Assembly (NCBI GenBank): GCA_977016875.1
Contig: CDRNST010000045.1
Coordinates: 930,001 to 994,000, forward strand
DNA length: 64,000 bases
Reading direction: 5' to 3'
Source of the DNA: Pavona decussata
Lineage: Eukaryota
Part shown: one piece after another, positions 39,201 to 49,200 of the stretch
Position numbering within the stretch: position 1 is the stretch's first letter
Layout of the letters: the number at the start of each line of letters is the position of its first letter
Position numbers and translations under genes: made by a program
The notes under the pieces: generated by a model
The model's input: the letters and a program-made list of their open reading frames with translations, nothing else
The model's database searches: none
What the model was told of the DNA's origin: nothing

Positions 39201-39525
39201 ACATATTTTATAACATTACCTTATATTCTCCAGAAGGCCATAGGCTTTGATCAGGCAATGTGTCAACGATGCCTGCAAGAAATGAAAAAGTGTGGTTCGT
39301 GGGTGGCATGATCTGTATGGGAAAATCCCAACGTATAAACGGTGTCTCGCAAAAATAATGAGCGAAGAAAAGGCCTGTGAAATGGGCAACCTGTTCACTT
39401 ACTCGGTTGGGAACTTTAGGAAGTTTGTCACTCAACTTTACGAGCTCATCTGAGTGTATGAGTAGCACTTTTGGGTTTTTTGAAGTGATTTTGAGCGTTT
39501 GTCCGCCATTTTCCCTCAACGCCAT
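30259..39525 (-). CDS. HDAC8: Histone deacetylase 8 (class I HDAC), 11 coding exons, 383 aa
   Basis: Exons (minus): 39525-39403, 39272-39220, 36914-36778, 36059-35918, 35066-34954, 34350-34273, 33125-33017, 32585-32413, 31648-31554, 30959-30854, 30281-30259; 1152 nt, phases consistent. Motifs: [111 protein letters not shown]. Confidence 0.97.
30466..30709. mobile_element. MITE in HDAC8 intron 10
   Basis: Imperfect TIRs TAGAGAAATTTAGCTTCGCGTTTACGGC / GCCATAAACGCGATGCAAAATCTCTTTA. Confidence 0.65.
36290..36522 (-). mobile_element. SINE fragment with Nin-domain-like core in HDAC8 intron 3
   Basis: GTGGGTTCTTTAACGTCCC..ACGGGACCAACGGTTTATCGTCCTTATCCGAGAAGAC resembles the Nin-SINE central domain (recalled, not searched). 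Confidence 0.5.
37727..38190. mobile_element. PIF/Harbinger-type MITE in HDAC8 intron 2
   Basis: TIRs AGCCCTGGTCAAACGGCGCATGATAGT / ACTGTCATGTGCCATTTGACCACGGCT, TTA TSD on both sides, internal GATAGTT/AACTATC repeats. Confidence 0.85.
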
Positions 39526-40560
39526 CTTCAAACTTGCGCGGGAAAACGCAGTCACAATAGAACGCAGAATAGCACTAACAGGGGTGGAGTGCAGTAAATT
39601 TAACGAACACTTTAAAAAAGTTTTTAAAACGATGTTACAGTGGCAGAAAAGACGAACCCTGTTTTTATTTTGCTCAAAAAATATTTTTTATCTGCGTTCT
39701 TTCGTGAAACTTAAAGGAGGAAGCGAAAGCATACAATCTCGGAAAAATGCGGTAGGGATACTTACCCCTCCCCTCCTCTAGTTCTTCGGGCATCGTAGTG
39801 CATTGTTGACTTTTTGTCAAGATGTCAGCCTCGTTATCAAAATGAGGTTTGTGATATTGGGTCAATCCCATTCATTCCGGAAAGATATCATATTAGTTGC
39901 GGTCGTGTGCCCGTTCTTGCGCATCCTTTTCTACATTAAAAATGTGGTTCTTATTGCTGTTGAAAGAGGCGGTTTTCAAGAAACGGTAAGTGAAGTTTTA
40001 GCAGTATTGTGGCTTCGCTAGCTGCTCGATACGCGTGCTCTTTGACCTCTTTATAGCTTCGGTGAGCGAGGCTACATTGTAGGTATGACAATATTGCAAT
40101 ATCGGGATGAAATGAACGTCTTGAATTCTAGCACTCTAAAGGAACTTTGAACTCCTTCCGATGAAAAATGTCCTGATATTTACTGGCTTGTGATGGCTCA
40201 CTTGAATAGGGAAGTAATATTTTAAAGAATTTTTCGTGGATACTGGCGACGGAACAGGGAGATTGGAATCTTTCTGACGTGTGATATTTAAGCTTATCAG
40301 CATGTCTTTTTCCTCGGGGTGCGTTACCTCTGTTTTTCTCATTTTCATTGTTTGGTTTTCCTACGTTATCACTGAAAATTATTTCTTAAATTTTCTCTTT
40401 GCAGAAGAAACGATGATTTAGAAAACAGGTTAGTGCGGCCGTACGTAGGAAGTTAGGGGGTGACGTGCGCCGACAGATCGAGAGCTTGCAAGTGCCGGTG
40501 GATTACGTGCAAGAAAGCAGCAATGGAGAGATTTCGGTAATTGAACGCTAAATTAAATCC
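39526..40560. promoter_or_regulatory. CpG-rich HDAC8 upstream region, possibly bidirectional
   Basis: High CpG density. Plus-strand donor CG|GTAAGT at 39985/6 and a 24-nt candidate exon at 40405-40428 (TTTCTCTTTGCAG|..AG|GTTAGT). Confidence 0.45.
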
Positions 40561-41546
40561 AACATTTTGCGTATTCTTTAACTTTTTTAAAGGTACGTTT
40601 AAAAAACCAATTTGGTTCCTCTATTTGGCTGATTGTTTTTTCCCTTTATCTATAGCTTGGAGGACCTGCCTTACATTGAAACAAGACACCGGATGGGTGC
40701 AAAAATGAGAAGAGAATTGCAAGACACAGGCAAGATTTTTCGTATCTTTGGTTAAATTTAAAACCAGAACTTCCAAAATTTTTTGAACAGTTTCATCTTT
40801 ATATGTATTCATCTGCAATACGTATACATGCTTCATAAGTTTCATCTTTCTTGGAGTAGGGTCAGGGTCGCAGTGAAATGAATCAAAATTCACCAAAAAA
40901 CTTTTGGGCCCCGCCACTCAGAAGTTCTTCCCTCAAAAATGGTGGCTATGCAGTGAGAAAGACTCCCCCCCCCCTTTCCCCCTCTGATTTTTAGAGTATA
41001 TTTTGAAATGGCTTTGTGGGAAAGACCACCCCCCCTTCCCCGCCTCAGGGTTTTTGTTAGAGTAGAGACACAGGGACCACTACTTGCCTATTTTACAGTA
41101 TGCTTCATCCCGGCTATTTTTACATGGTATACAAAAGATTTAGAGCAAATCAACCATGTGGTCCCTGCTAAGGTATATTTGGTCCCTCCTAATCAAGTAC
41201 TTAACAAAATCCCTGCTTCCCCCTCTGATTTTGTAGATTTTATTTTGAAATGGCGATTTGAAAAATATCACCCCTCCCTACGATTTCATGGAGTACATTT
41301 TGAAGGGGCTACGGCTACACGGTGAGAAAGACCACCCCTCCCCTCCCATTTCATGGAGTATATTACCAAATAGAGGGAAGTGAAATTGTTGTTGTAAAAT
41401 TAAATCTATTTTTTAAGTGATCAAAAAGTGAAATTAATAGAAAGAAATATCTTGTGCTCTTATTATGCTTACAAAAAATTTGAAATTTACAAATCCAAAT
41501 TTAAAATGCTACTTTGATAAAAAAAATTGTTGCAGTAGTACTTTAA

Positions 41547-42602
41547 CCCATTACGCACCATGCCTGCCAAAACCGACCCAATTTCGGGGACGATTGGGTC
41601 CTGCCTCCCCTAGAAGAGATTTTTTTGTCCCCTATTGTTCTCATTGTCTTCAGAAAGGACTGACCAATCAGAATCTACTTACTGTGCATATATTTATAGG
41701 TCTAGACAAAAGAGCTTTTTGTCAATAGAAAGCCGTGTCAGATTTCAATTTTTGTTGGCTCGTGGACCGCGCGGCTAAATTTTAAGTCACAGATTTTTGC
41801 GTTTTTCGAAGAAAAACACACTTTTTCAAAATGGTAAATCGAAAGAAGAACTACTAATGAATACTCAGCAGTTTCAACAGCGGAAATCCGAGAAATAATG
41901 GCGAAGAAATAAATATTGTGCTTTGAGTACAAATTATTGTTTTATCCAGGCGACGAGCGAGTGGGCAAAATTTTCAAGTACTTCTGGGAATTCAACAGCC
42001 AAAAAATTACAGGTTTGATTGTGAATTTGTACTGAAATACTATTCTAATTGACCGATTCTTTGTTTTCTGAACAGTTTTTGCGAAATTTTTGAAAAACGT
42101 GCCCCGCACGGGTTGATAAATTCGCTTTGAAATGGAATTGTAGTTCCTTCAAATGGCTTGCGCGTCTCTCATCTCACATTTAGAATTATACGCTCTTCTT
42201 TCCTAGGCGTAAGCAAAGACTTTTCTGAATAATTTTTTCATTTAGGAAAGCTTTTTGTGTTTTTCTTTCTATTTTCATTGACAAAACGTGACAACTGCAT
42301 AATGTTGCATAAACAAACACATGCTCTCGAGACAGATCAAATTTTGCCCATGTGACGCGACGATCAAATTTCATCGAAATTTCGGAAATTTTTACTTTCA
42401 AGTTTGTTTTTTGGAAAATTTTTGCTTGGCGACTAGTGTATTTTATTCCATAATTAGTAATTGTAACTATTTTAGACCAAACGGGTGTTGTTTTTTTGCC
42501 CTGTAAGTTCTGTATTTTTACTGCACATGTGGTTGGAAATAACCACTTTGCAAATTTTGCCAAATTTTGGAAAACCTCCGGAAACGGCTGGTGCTTAATG
42601 GG
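41547..42602. mobile_element. non-autonomous piggyBac element (1056 bp)
   Basis: TTAA TSD on both sides (41543-46, 42603-06); TIRs CCCATTACGCACCA / TGGTGCTTAATGGG (13/14 match). CpGs retained, suggesting a young insertion. Confidence 0.9.
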
Positions 42603-43839
42603 TTAAAGGGGATACTTTCAGTCACCATGCTGGCTAAATGTTGAATATTTAAAGTTTAGAACGATGAAATATGAAGTTCTGTAGTTTATTCACTTCATTA
42701 AGAAATTGGATAAATTTCAGATTCTGAATAACCTGCCTACTAATTATTCAACTCAACCCTCCAAGCTATGACCACTTTGTGCGCCATGGCGACTAAGAGT
42801 TTGTCACTGGAATTTGAAGGAATTATTGGATCAAAAGAAAAAAGTTAAATTTTCTGGACTTTAAAGGTGAACTTTAAAGTATTTTCTAGGGGTGAATAGA
42901 TCTTCAGATCTTCCTGTTTAAAACTAGGCTAAATAACAAAACTTAAAACAGCAGGAAAATGCACCGAGTGAACATCTTCGTTCTGCATGACTGATTACCG
43001 TTTGTTTGCCTAGCACGTGTGAGCTTTTCCCTCTTGCTCATGATAGCGATCATGCAATCTATTCTTGGAATGGGTTGTTTGTCTGAGCGACAAGAAGAAA
43101 AATGTATGCATAGCTACTGGACAGATGATGTGACCAAGAATATTTCGTCATTTTGTGGTGGGTCGAAAGCCTGACACTAAAAAACTGGCAAAGTCTTCAA
43201 CCGATTGTGATTCACAATAAAATGTTTATAATATGCGCGAATGTAAAATGAAACCATCTACGAACAAAACGAAACACCTTGTTTTGACTCTGAGGATCCT
43301 AAGGGGGTCACTATTTTTTTGTCAATTTCCGATGCTATCACTTCAAATAGTTTTTTCACATTCAGAATTTGTGTAATCATATACAAAGTATACATTTCCA
43401 GAAAGGTCACAAAATAAAGTTTCAGAATTTAAAAAAAATAATTGTCATAATTATGTGATGATGTCACATGACCAAACATGGTAAAAAGTTAAAAAAAAAA
43501 AAGGAAAACATTGAAAAAATGGAGTCGTTGAAGGACCTGTTTTGTATTTTTGTACTTTCCTCATTCATATCTTTAGCAAATAACTGTAATCCTATGTTTT
43601 GAGGCAAACTTTTAGGTTATATTGGCATAAAAAGATGCATAACATTGCCTGAAGTGGCTTTAAAAATAACATTTGCAAGACCAAAGTCTACAAAAGTTGA
43701 AATTGAAAAATGAAGTCACTTAATTTTCAAATAACAACAAAACTTGGTTTATGAACATTGCTCTGTTTGGGAAATTGATTAATCATGATCGTGATTTAAA
43801 TCAGTGTTCTGTAGAGCGGAGCAGTTGTTTTGGCCTCCC

Positions 43840-46161
43840 TCAAGCCCTTGGTCTTCCACAACCTTCATGTAGTCTCCTTGGACCATTTCGACTTTCATCA
43901 TTGAAAAGGTAGTCAACCATTGTGTGATACCGGTGGAAACATGGGTCAGGACACATCCTTACACCACAAACTGCACAGGTGTAGTTTGTGTCAACTCTTT
44001 GGACATAAACTGTGCAGGCCAGCCAATTTTTGTCAGCGACTGGGTAGTGGAAGTGCTCTTGGTTGAAGCGGAACTGGGGGATGGGGCAACTGGCCCTGGA
44101 TTCCCTTCTGTTAACCAGAATATTTTCCCATTTACAAGTTCTTTGACAACACTCTTCCTGAGCTCAAGCATAGCAGGGGCAACATTTCCAAATGACTTAG
44201 CCATGATAATTTGAGCATTTGACATGCTTAGTTCCAAGAGATAATTTTTTTTTTGAAATACCAGACACTGCCTTTCATGTGACGTAAATATGTTGTTACC
44301 CTCTGGTCAGAGAGATCAAAACCCCCCATGTTCTGATTATAAGAATAAATCACTGAGGGCCAGTTGACAGCTTTCTTCTGCCATTTATTGGCGACTTTGA
44401 CTGACCACTCCACCTCAGAATTGAGGGTTGGGTCTACTGGGGTAGTTGCCAATATAAAAACCATCTTGCTGTCTTTCCACCCCACACAAGTAATTGTACC
44501 TTTCAGTCTATACAAACTGTCCTCTCTCTCCAAAGCCTTGACCCATGCATGTTTTGCATCTGTTATGTCTTTCGGCAACCCTTTTTTGTTGGAGCGTACC
44601 GTCCCACATGAGAAAGTCCCTCGTCTCTCTAAATCCTGGAATAATGGCATTAAAGTGTTACAATTGTCCATAATTATACAGTACATAGCCCTTGTCTAGA
44701 AATGACTCCATGAGGGTCATAACTGCCCTTCTTCCAAGGACTGTTTGAACAACACTATTTTCCTTGCCAGTATACACTTTGAATACCAGGCCATAACCAG
44801 AACTTGACTCTGTAAGAGTAAAGCACTTCATCCCAAAGCGACAAGGTTTGAAGGGGATGAATTGACGGAAGTGCACCCTGCCCTTGAATTTTATCAGGGT
44901 ATTATCAACTGCTAAATTTCTCTTAGGACTGTACACATCTGTAAACCTAGGCAACAAAAGATCTAATAATTTCCTGATCTTGAAAAGTTTGTCATATCCA
45001 GGAGAATCTCTATCTTTCACCTCATCCCGGTTGTCAGTAAAATGAAGGAATCTCCTAGTGAGGCCCTGTTAGAGTAAATTCCGACATGGCTCTGAAACGG
45101 CGACATGAAGGAAATGAAATGACAACGAACGACAAGACCGCTCCTGTGAAATGGCGACACTGACAAAAATAGAAGCAAAATGGACAGCGACATTGGCGAT
45201 TTTAAATAAGCCAGGGACTTGATAGCATTCGGGGAGAAGAAAATGAGATTGTATTTTCTAAAACTTAGTCGTTTCGTGAGTCTTCTGGGTAGAAACATAC
45301 ATGTACCAAGTTTATCCTTTCTCCCTGAGTTCGCACTCGCCTTTTTGAAGACTACTGACTACTGAATTTCATTGATAATGCTCCTGTTATCCCAAGGCAG
45401 TACGTTTCGGTGACAGAATTACAACAATGCATTTATATTGGAGAAACATTCGGAATTTTCGAAATTGCGACTTTGACATCAGTGTCATTAGGTGAAATTC
45501 TGACAGCGACATGCGGCCTTTCTGAAATTGGGACATGTAGAGCTTTGAAATTCGGACGGGGGACATACAGACCTCCCCTAACAGGGCCTCCATAATCTGA
45601 AAATACCTATCTCGCCATAACAGCTGGGAAAAATGGAGTTTTCAGAATAAAATCTGTACTCCAGTAGAGTCACAACAATGGCTTTTTCAAAATTCCCATG
45701 TCCAGAGTCAGTGCAATCCATGCTTAAAACTCACTCACTGTGAGCGGGTACCAGACTGAGCGCTCTCCAGGCTCTCTCTCTTGTTCTGCGTATAAATTTG
45801 CTTGCTCCGCTATGAGGTTCCACACTGCATCCGTAAAAAAGAGCTGAAAAAAATCCAAGGACTTCATGTCTCCGCTAACATCAATTCTTAACCCAGTAGG
45901 TTGATCAAATGCAAACTCTTCACGAAGATTTACTTCCCTCCTCCACTCACTTTCTTCAACAACATCCGCATCATCACCAGGCTCAGAAACACGATTTTCT
46001 TCTTCCTCTTCCTCAGACTCCTCAAAATTAGTGTCTATTTCGTCTTCAGACTCTCTACGTTGAAAAATACTCGCAACAGGTAAATCTTCTTCGTCAACAA
46101 ACTGGGTTTGAACTGTATTTTGACGAGAACTAGAAGCAATTTCATCGGAAAAAGCCGCCAT
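43840..46161 (-). pseudogene. piggyBac (PGBD4-like) transposase pseudogene
   Basis: Acidic N-terminus, LDFFQLFFTD, YDKLFKIR, AVDNTLIKFKGRVHFRQFIP.KP.RFGMK, MDN, CGTVRSNKKGLP, WKDSKMV, YNQNMGGFDLSDQ, and a C-terminal CxxC..C...CF..YH cysteine-rich domain. Has stops, frameshifts and an insertion. Probable element ends at ~42757 and ~47426. Confidence 0.92.
45060..45590. mobile_element. TIR-bounded non-autonomous element interrupting the piggyBac transposase; family unassigned
   Basis: Perfect 13-bp TIRs GAGGCCCTGTTAG / CTAACAGGGCCTC splitting the conserved FQIM|RFLHF segment. Internal GCGACA repeats; no clean TSD. Confidence 0.75.
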
Positions 46162-46263
46162 ATTTAAATACCCTCACGCTGAAAGATAAACTCTGGAAAA
46201 AATGCGATTACACATTCAAATTGACCAAAAACCGGTTGTTCTCACACACTGTTGGGAGCCATG

Positions 46264-47076
46264 TCAAGTCAACCACCGCAACAAAAAACAACTAGGACCT
46301 CCGCTTGTGACTGATGCGCGGCAATCCCGGGCGTAATGGCCGTTTCGACCGCAGCGAAAACACAACTGCTTGGGGTCACGAGCCATATTGGACGACATTC
46401 CCGCCGTTCGGAAGTTGTGGCTTTTTTCAACCACCACACGTTTTGGCCCATCAGTTCCTCGTTGTGGGGGCGACTTCTTCGGTTTCCACTTCGCTGCAGC
46501 TGCCTTTCGTTTCTTCTCCCTGAGTTGCTTGCTTTCTTTGACGGCCTTTTTTATCCGCTTCTCGTCGCCAGAATCGCTAGCAAGCGGTTCGGCGGAATAA
46601 CATTCCACCGTGTCCCACCCATACTTATCAGCAAGGCAAATGTGCTTATTCCGTTCTAAAAGAAGTTTCTCACCTTCCTCGAGGAGCTCGGTCCTGGACT
46701 CATCATCACTCGTGTTCTTAGCCCTGTCGATTTTATCCGAGACGTCGCGATTAAGTTTGTACTGCTTCTTGTTTCCCTTGAAACGAAACTCCGGCTCCAG
46801 ATCGCTCAGTTTGCCATGTTTTCGAAGCTTTGCATCATCAAGCTCGTTCTTCAGCTTCTTTAACTCTTTGGAATACAGTTTCTGCTGCTGCAGCAGCTCC
46901 TTTGCCCAACTTGGTGGTTCCTTGGCTCGGTTTGGAGGTTCCTCACGCTCCGGGCTTTCGTGCCTTGATCCCTGACTTGATCGACTCTGACCTCGCTGAC
47001 TAGGGCTTTTGTTGTATGGCTCAAGTCGCCTAACCGCCCGAGAACTCCTTTTCGAATGTTTAGTTTCCTTTGACAT
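46264..47076 (-). CDS. DIRS/Ngaro-type (tyrosine-recombinase retrotransposon) gag-like ORF with CCHC zinc knuckle, 270 aa, uninterrupted
   Basis: FRFKGNKKQYKLN..LLLERNKHICLADKYGWDTVECY....LASDSGDEKRIKKA matches DIRS-group ORF1 as I recall it; CFRCGRNGHYARDC = CX2CX4HX4C. No RT/RNaseH/recombinase follows. Confidence 0.78.
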   Translation of the reverse strand: MSKETKHSKRSSRAVRRLEPYNKSPSQRGQSRSSQGSRHESPEREEPPNRAKEPPSWAKELLQQQKLYSKELKKLKNELDDAKLRKHGKLSDLEPEFRFKGNKKQYKLNRDVSDKIDRAKNTSDDESRTELLEEGEKLLLERNKHICLADKYGWDTVECYSAEPLASDSGDEKRIKKAVKESKQLREKKRKAAAAKWKPKKSPPQRGTDGPKRVVVEKSHNFRTAGMSSNMARDPKQLCFRCGRNGHYARDCRASVTSGGPSCFLLRWLT

Positions 47077-47908
47077 GCCTCACAAACGATTTGTGACTAA
47101 CTATTCATAAGAAATGCAAATGTTTTCGCACACTTTTGCAAAAAAGGTCAAGCAATGGCGGTCAACATAAAACAACTGCCCGCCTTACATGTCACATGAC
47201 CTAAACCCATCCCCAGGCCCCCAGCGGAGTGAGAAAAACATTTTCCACTTTTTTCGTTTAACTCAGCCAGTGGAAAATCACCTTTTTCTGTTCAGAATCG
47301 AAGAGTTCCATTTTGTCCGCCATTTTGAGCAATATCTAGGCCCAGTCTCTCTCGGATCCCAAGGTATGGGCAAAGATTGGATCCGGTATTTTTCCAGGCA
47401 TATATGCATGGTTAAGACTCTAAGGGTTACCATTTACAGACAAAACCCTTGTGACAAATTTGATTGTTTTTTAACTCTGATGTAGCAGATATGAAATTAA
47501 TCCCCTGGGTTATTGTTTGCATGTTGAGATCTTCAGCAGTTTGTCAACAAAAGTGATGAAATTAAAACTTGATGTAAATGGAAATCAAAAATGTTCTCAA
47601 GTTCTCCAGAAAAAAAGGCTAACCATAAGGCAATTCTTTCAAATATAAGAAAGAAACTTTTCTAAAAACTAGTAACAAATACAAATGAAATAACAAAAAG
47701 GTAATTCTTTTGAAATATAAAAAGTTCTTTCACAAGAAAGCTACCGATGCAAATTTAAAATCTCAAAAGCGTAGTTCTCTAGAAAACTAGATACAACTAG
47801 GCTAAGAATAAGATAATTTTTTAGAAATATAAAAGCTATCATTTCCAAAAACTGGCTACAAATACCAATGTAATCACATGCATGTTGTTCTCGAGGGAAA
47901 ATTGATAT

Positions 47909-48060
47909 ACCGAATTTTCTTGATTAAACACCCCCGGCGTTTATTTAAAACTTGGCCTCAGGGACCCAGCGTTTATTTGAAGCCGGCGTTTAATCGGGGT
48001 CCGGCGTTCATTAATGAAATAAAATTTTCATCAATTTTTAGGTTGATTTATTATTTTACA
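47909..48060 (+). mobile_element. single end of a Tc1/mariner-like DNA transposon
   Basis: TA|CCGAATTTTCTTGATTAAACACCCCCGGCGTTTATTT followed by repeated GGCGTTTA(T/A) subterminal motifs. Partner end not found. Confidence 0.5.
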
Positions 48061-48526
48061 TTCTTTGAGACCCCTTGCGCAGTTTGTCAAGGCGGGACGA
48101 TTTCTCCCGTGGATTTCTCCCTTGTCTGCGATTTTTTTCTTTCGAAATATTTTCTCTCCAAGAGCGATTTTTGGACGATTACTCCACATTTTTTTTCAAC
48201 CTATTTCGAAAATGCTCTATAACTTTTCACTGCGATTGAATATGCCAAAATGCAGACAGGTTTTTTTAGCACTTTGGGTCCGGAAACTGAGGAGCAAATT
48301 AAATTAGCAAAAAACAAAATTCACTTTGACTTGTAGCTTTAAAAAGGTGATTCGGACGCTCGCAATTAGAGGTCGTGATAAATTCGACAATTTATTTTAT
48401 TTCACAATTTTTGGTACGGTTTGATAGTCAGCTCTATAAGCTTTAATTTGATGTAGAGGTTTAGGTATCTACAGTTTAAACTGGACGCGAGACACCTCTG
48501 AAGGTCCAGGGTAACCTTAAATTTAC

Positions 48527-49200
48527 CTGATCTTCTTGCCATTCCAGTTGTGCAGGCCAGAGCATCGGCACATTTTTCCCAGAAAATGGGGTCTTTGCCA
48601 GAAGGCCATTTAAATGAACTGCATTCATTATCTTCTGACACTGGTAAAAATAGAGCCACATACTCTACCAGAGCCCGTCTTTACTCTGTGGACCATACTG
48701 CAGGTTGAAGTGTATGACCATCCTAAAATGTAATAAGAAAATGCAAATTAATATATGAAAAACTAAACAACAACAACAAAAATACAAATTACTAATAAAA
48801 ACCCTTGAACTACATAATGACACCAGACTTGAGTCTGTGCCACTATGTGTATTTCATTTTATGTGTCCTTTCATTCCCAGTATAAAGTAACCAACATATT
48901 ACTGCACTGTATTTACAACAATTGTTCGAAAATTTTCATAACAATACACCAACACACCAAGAATTCACCTCAGAAATGGTGTATATTTTAAAACACTGTA
49001 AGGTGCAAGAGAATAAATAAATAAAATAACAAATAACAGTTTTTTTACCTTGTCTGGTTTGAAGTTGAAAATACTCCTCCTGGATGAGAGGTTATTTGAC
49101 TGACCTCCACTTTCTCCTCGGTTGGCTTTTCCAGCCAGCCTCCCTAGAGTTGAGCCACTTGGTTTGCTGGATCTCTTCATAGAGTCACTATTACTTAACG
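48527..49200 (-). pseudogene. spliced remnant of a Myb/SANT-like transposon accessory gene
   Basis: Exon-like blocks ending in GT donors. WSTE*RRALVEYVAL..WPSGKDPIFWEKCADAL has Myb/SANT-like Trp spacing; one in-frame stop. Confidence 0.4.

Noticed and set aside
46162-46263. Possible spliced or read-through gag-transposase fusion via the acceptor-like TTTCAG upstream of the transposase
   Set aside because: An in-frame TGA lies between that AG and the transposase ATG, and gag has its own stop.
46314-46975. Plus-strand ORFs overlapping the gag
   Set aside because: Antisense shadows of a GC-richer coding region with no recognisable motifs.
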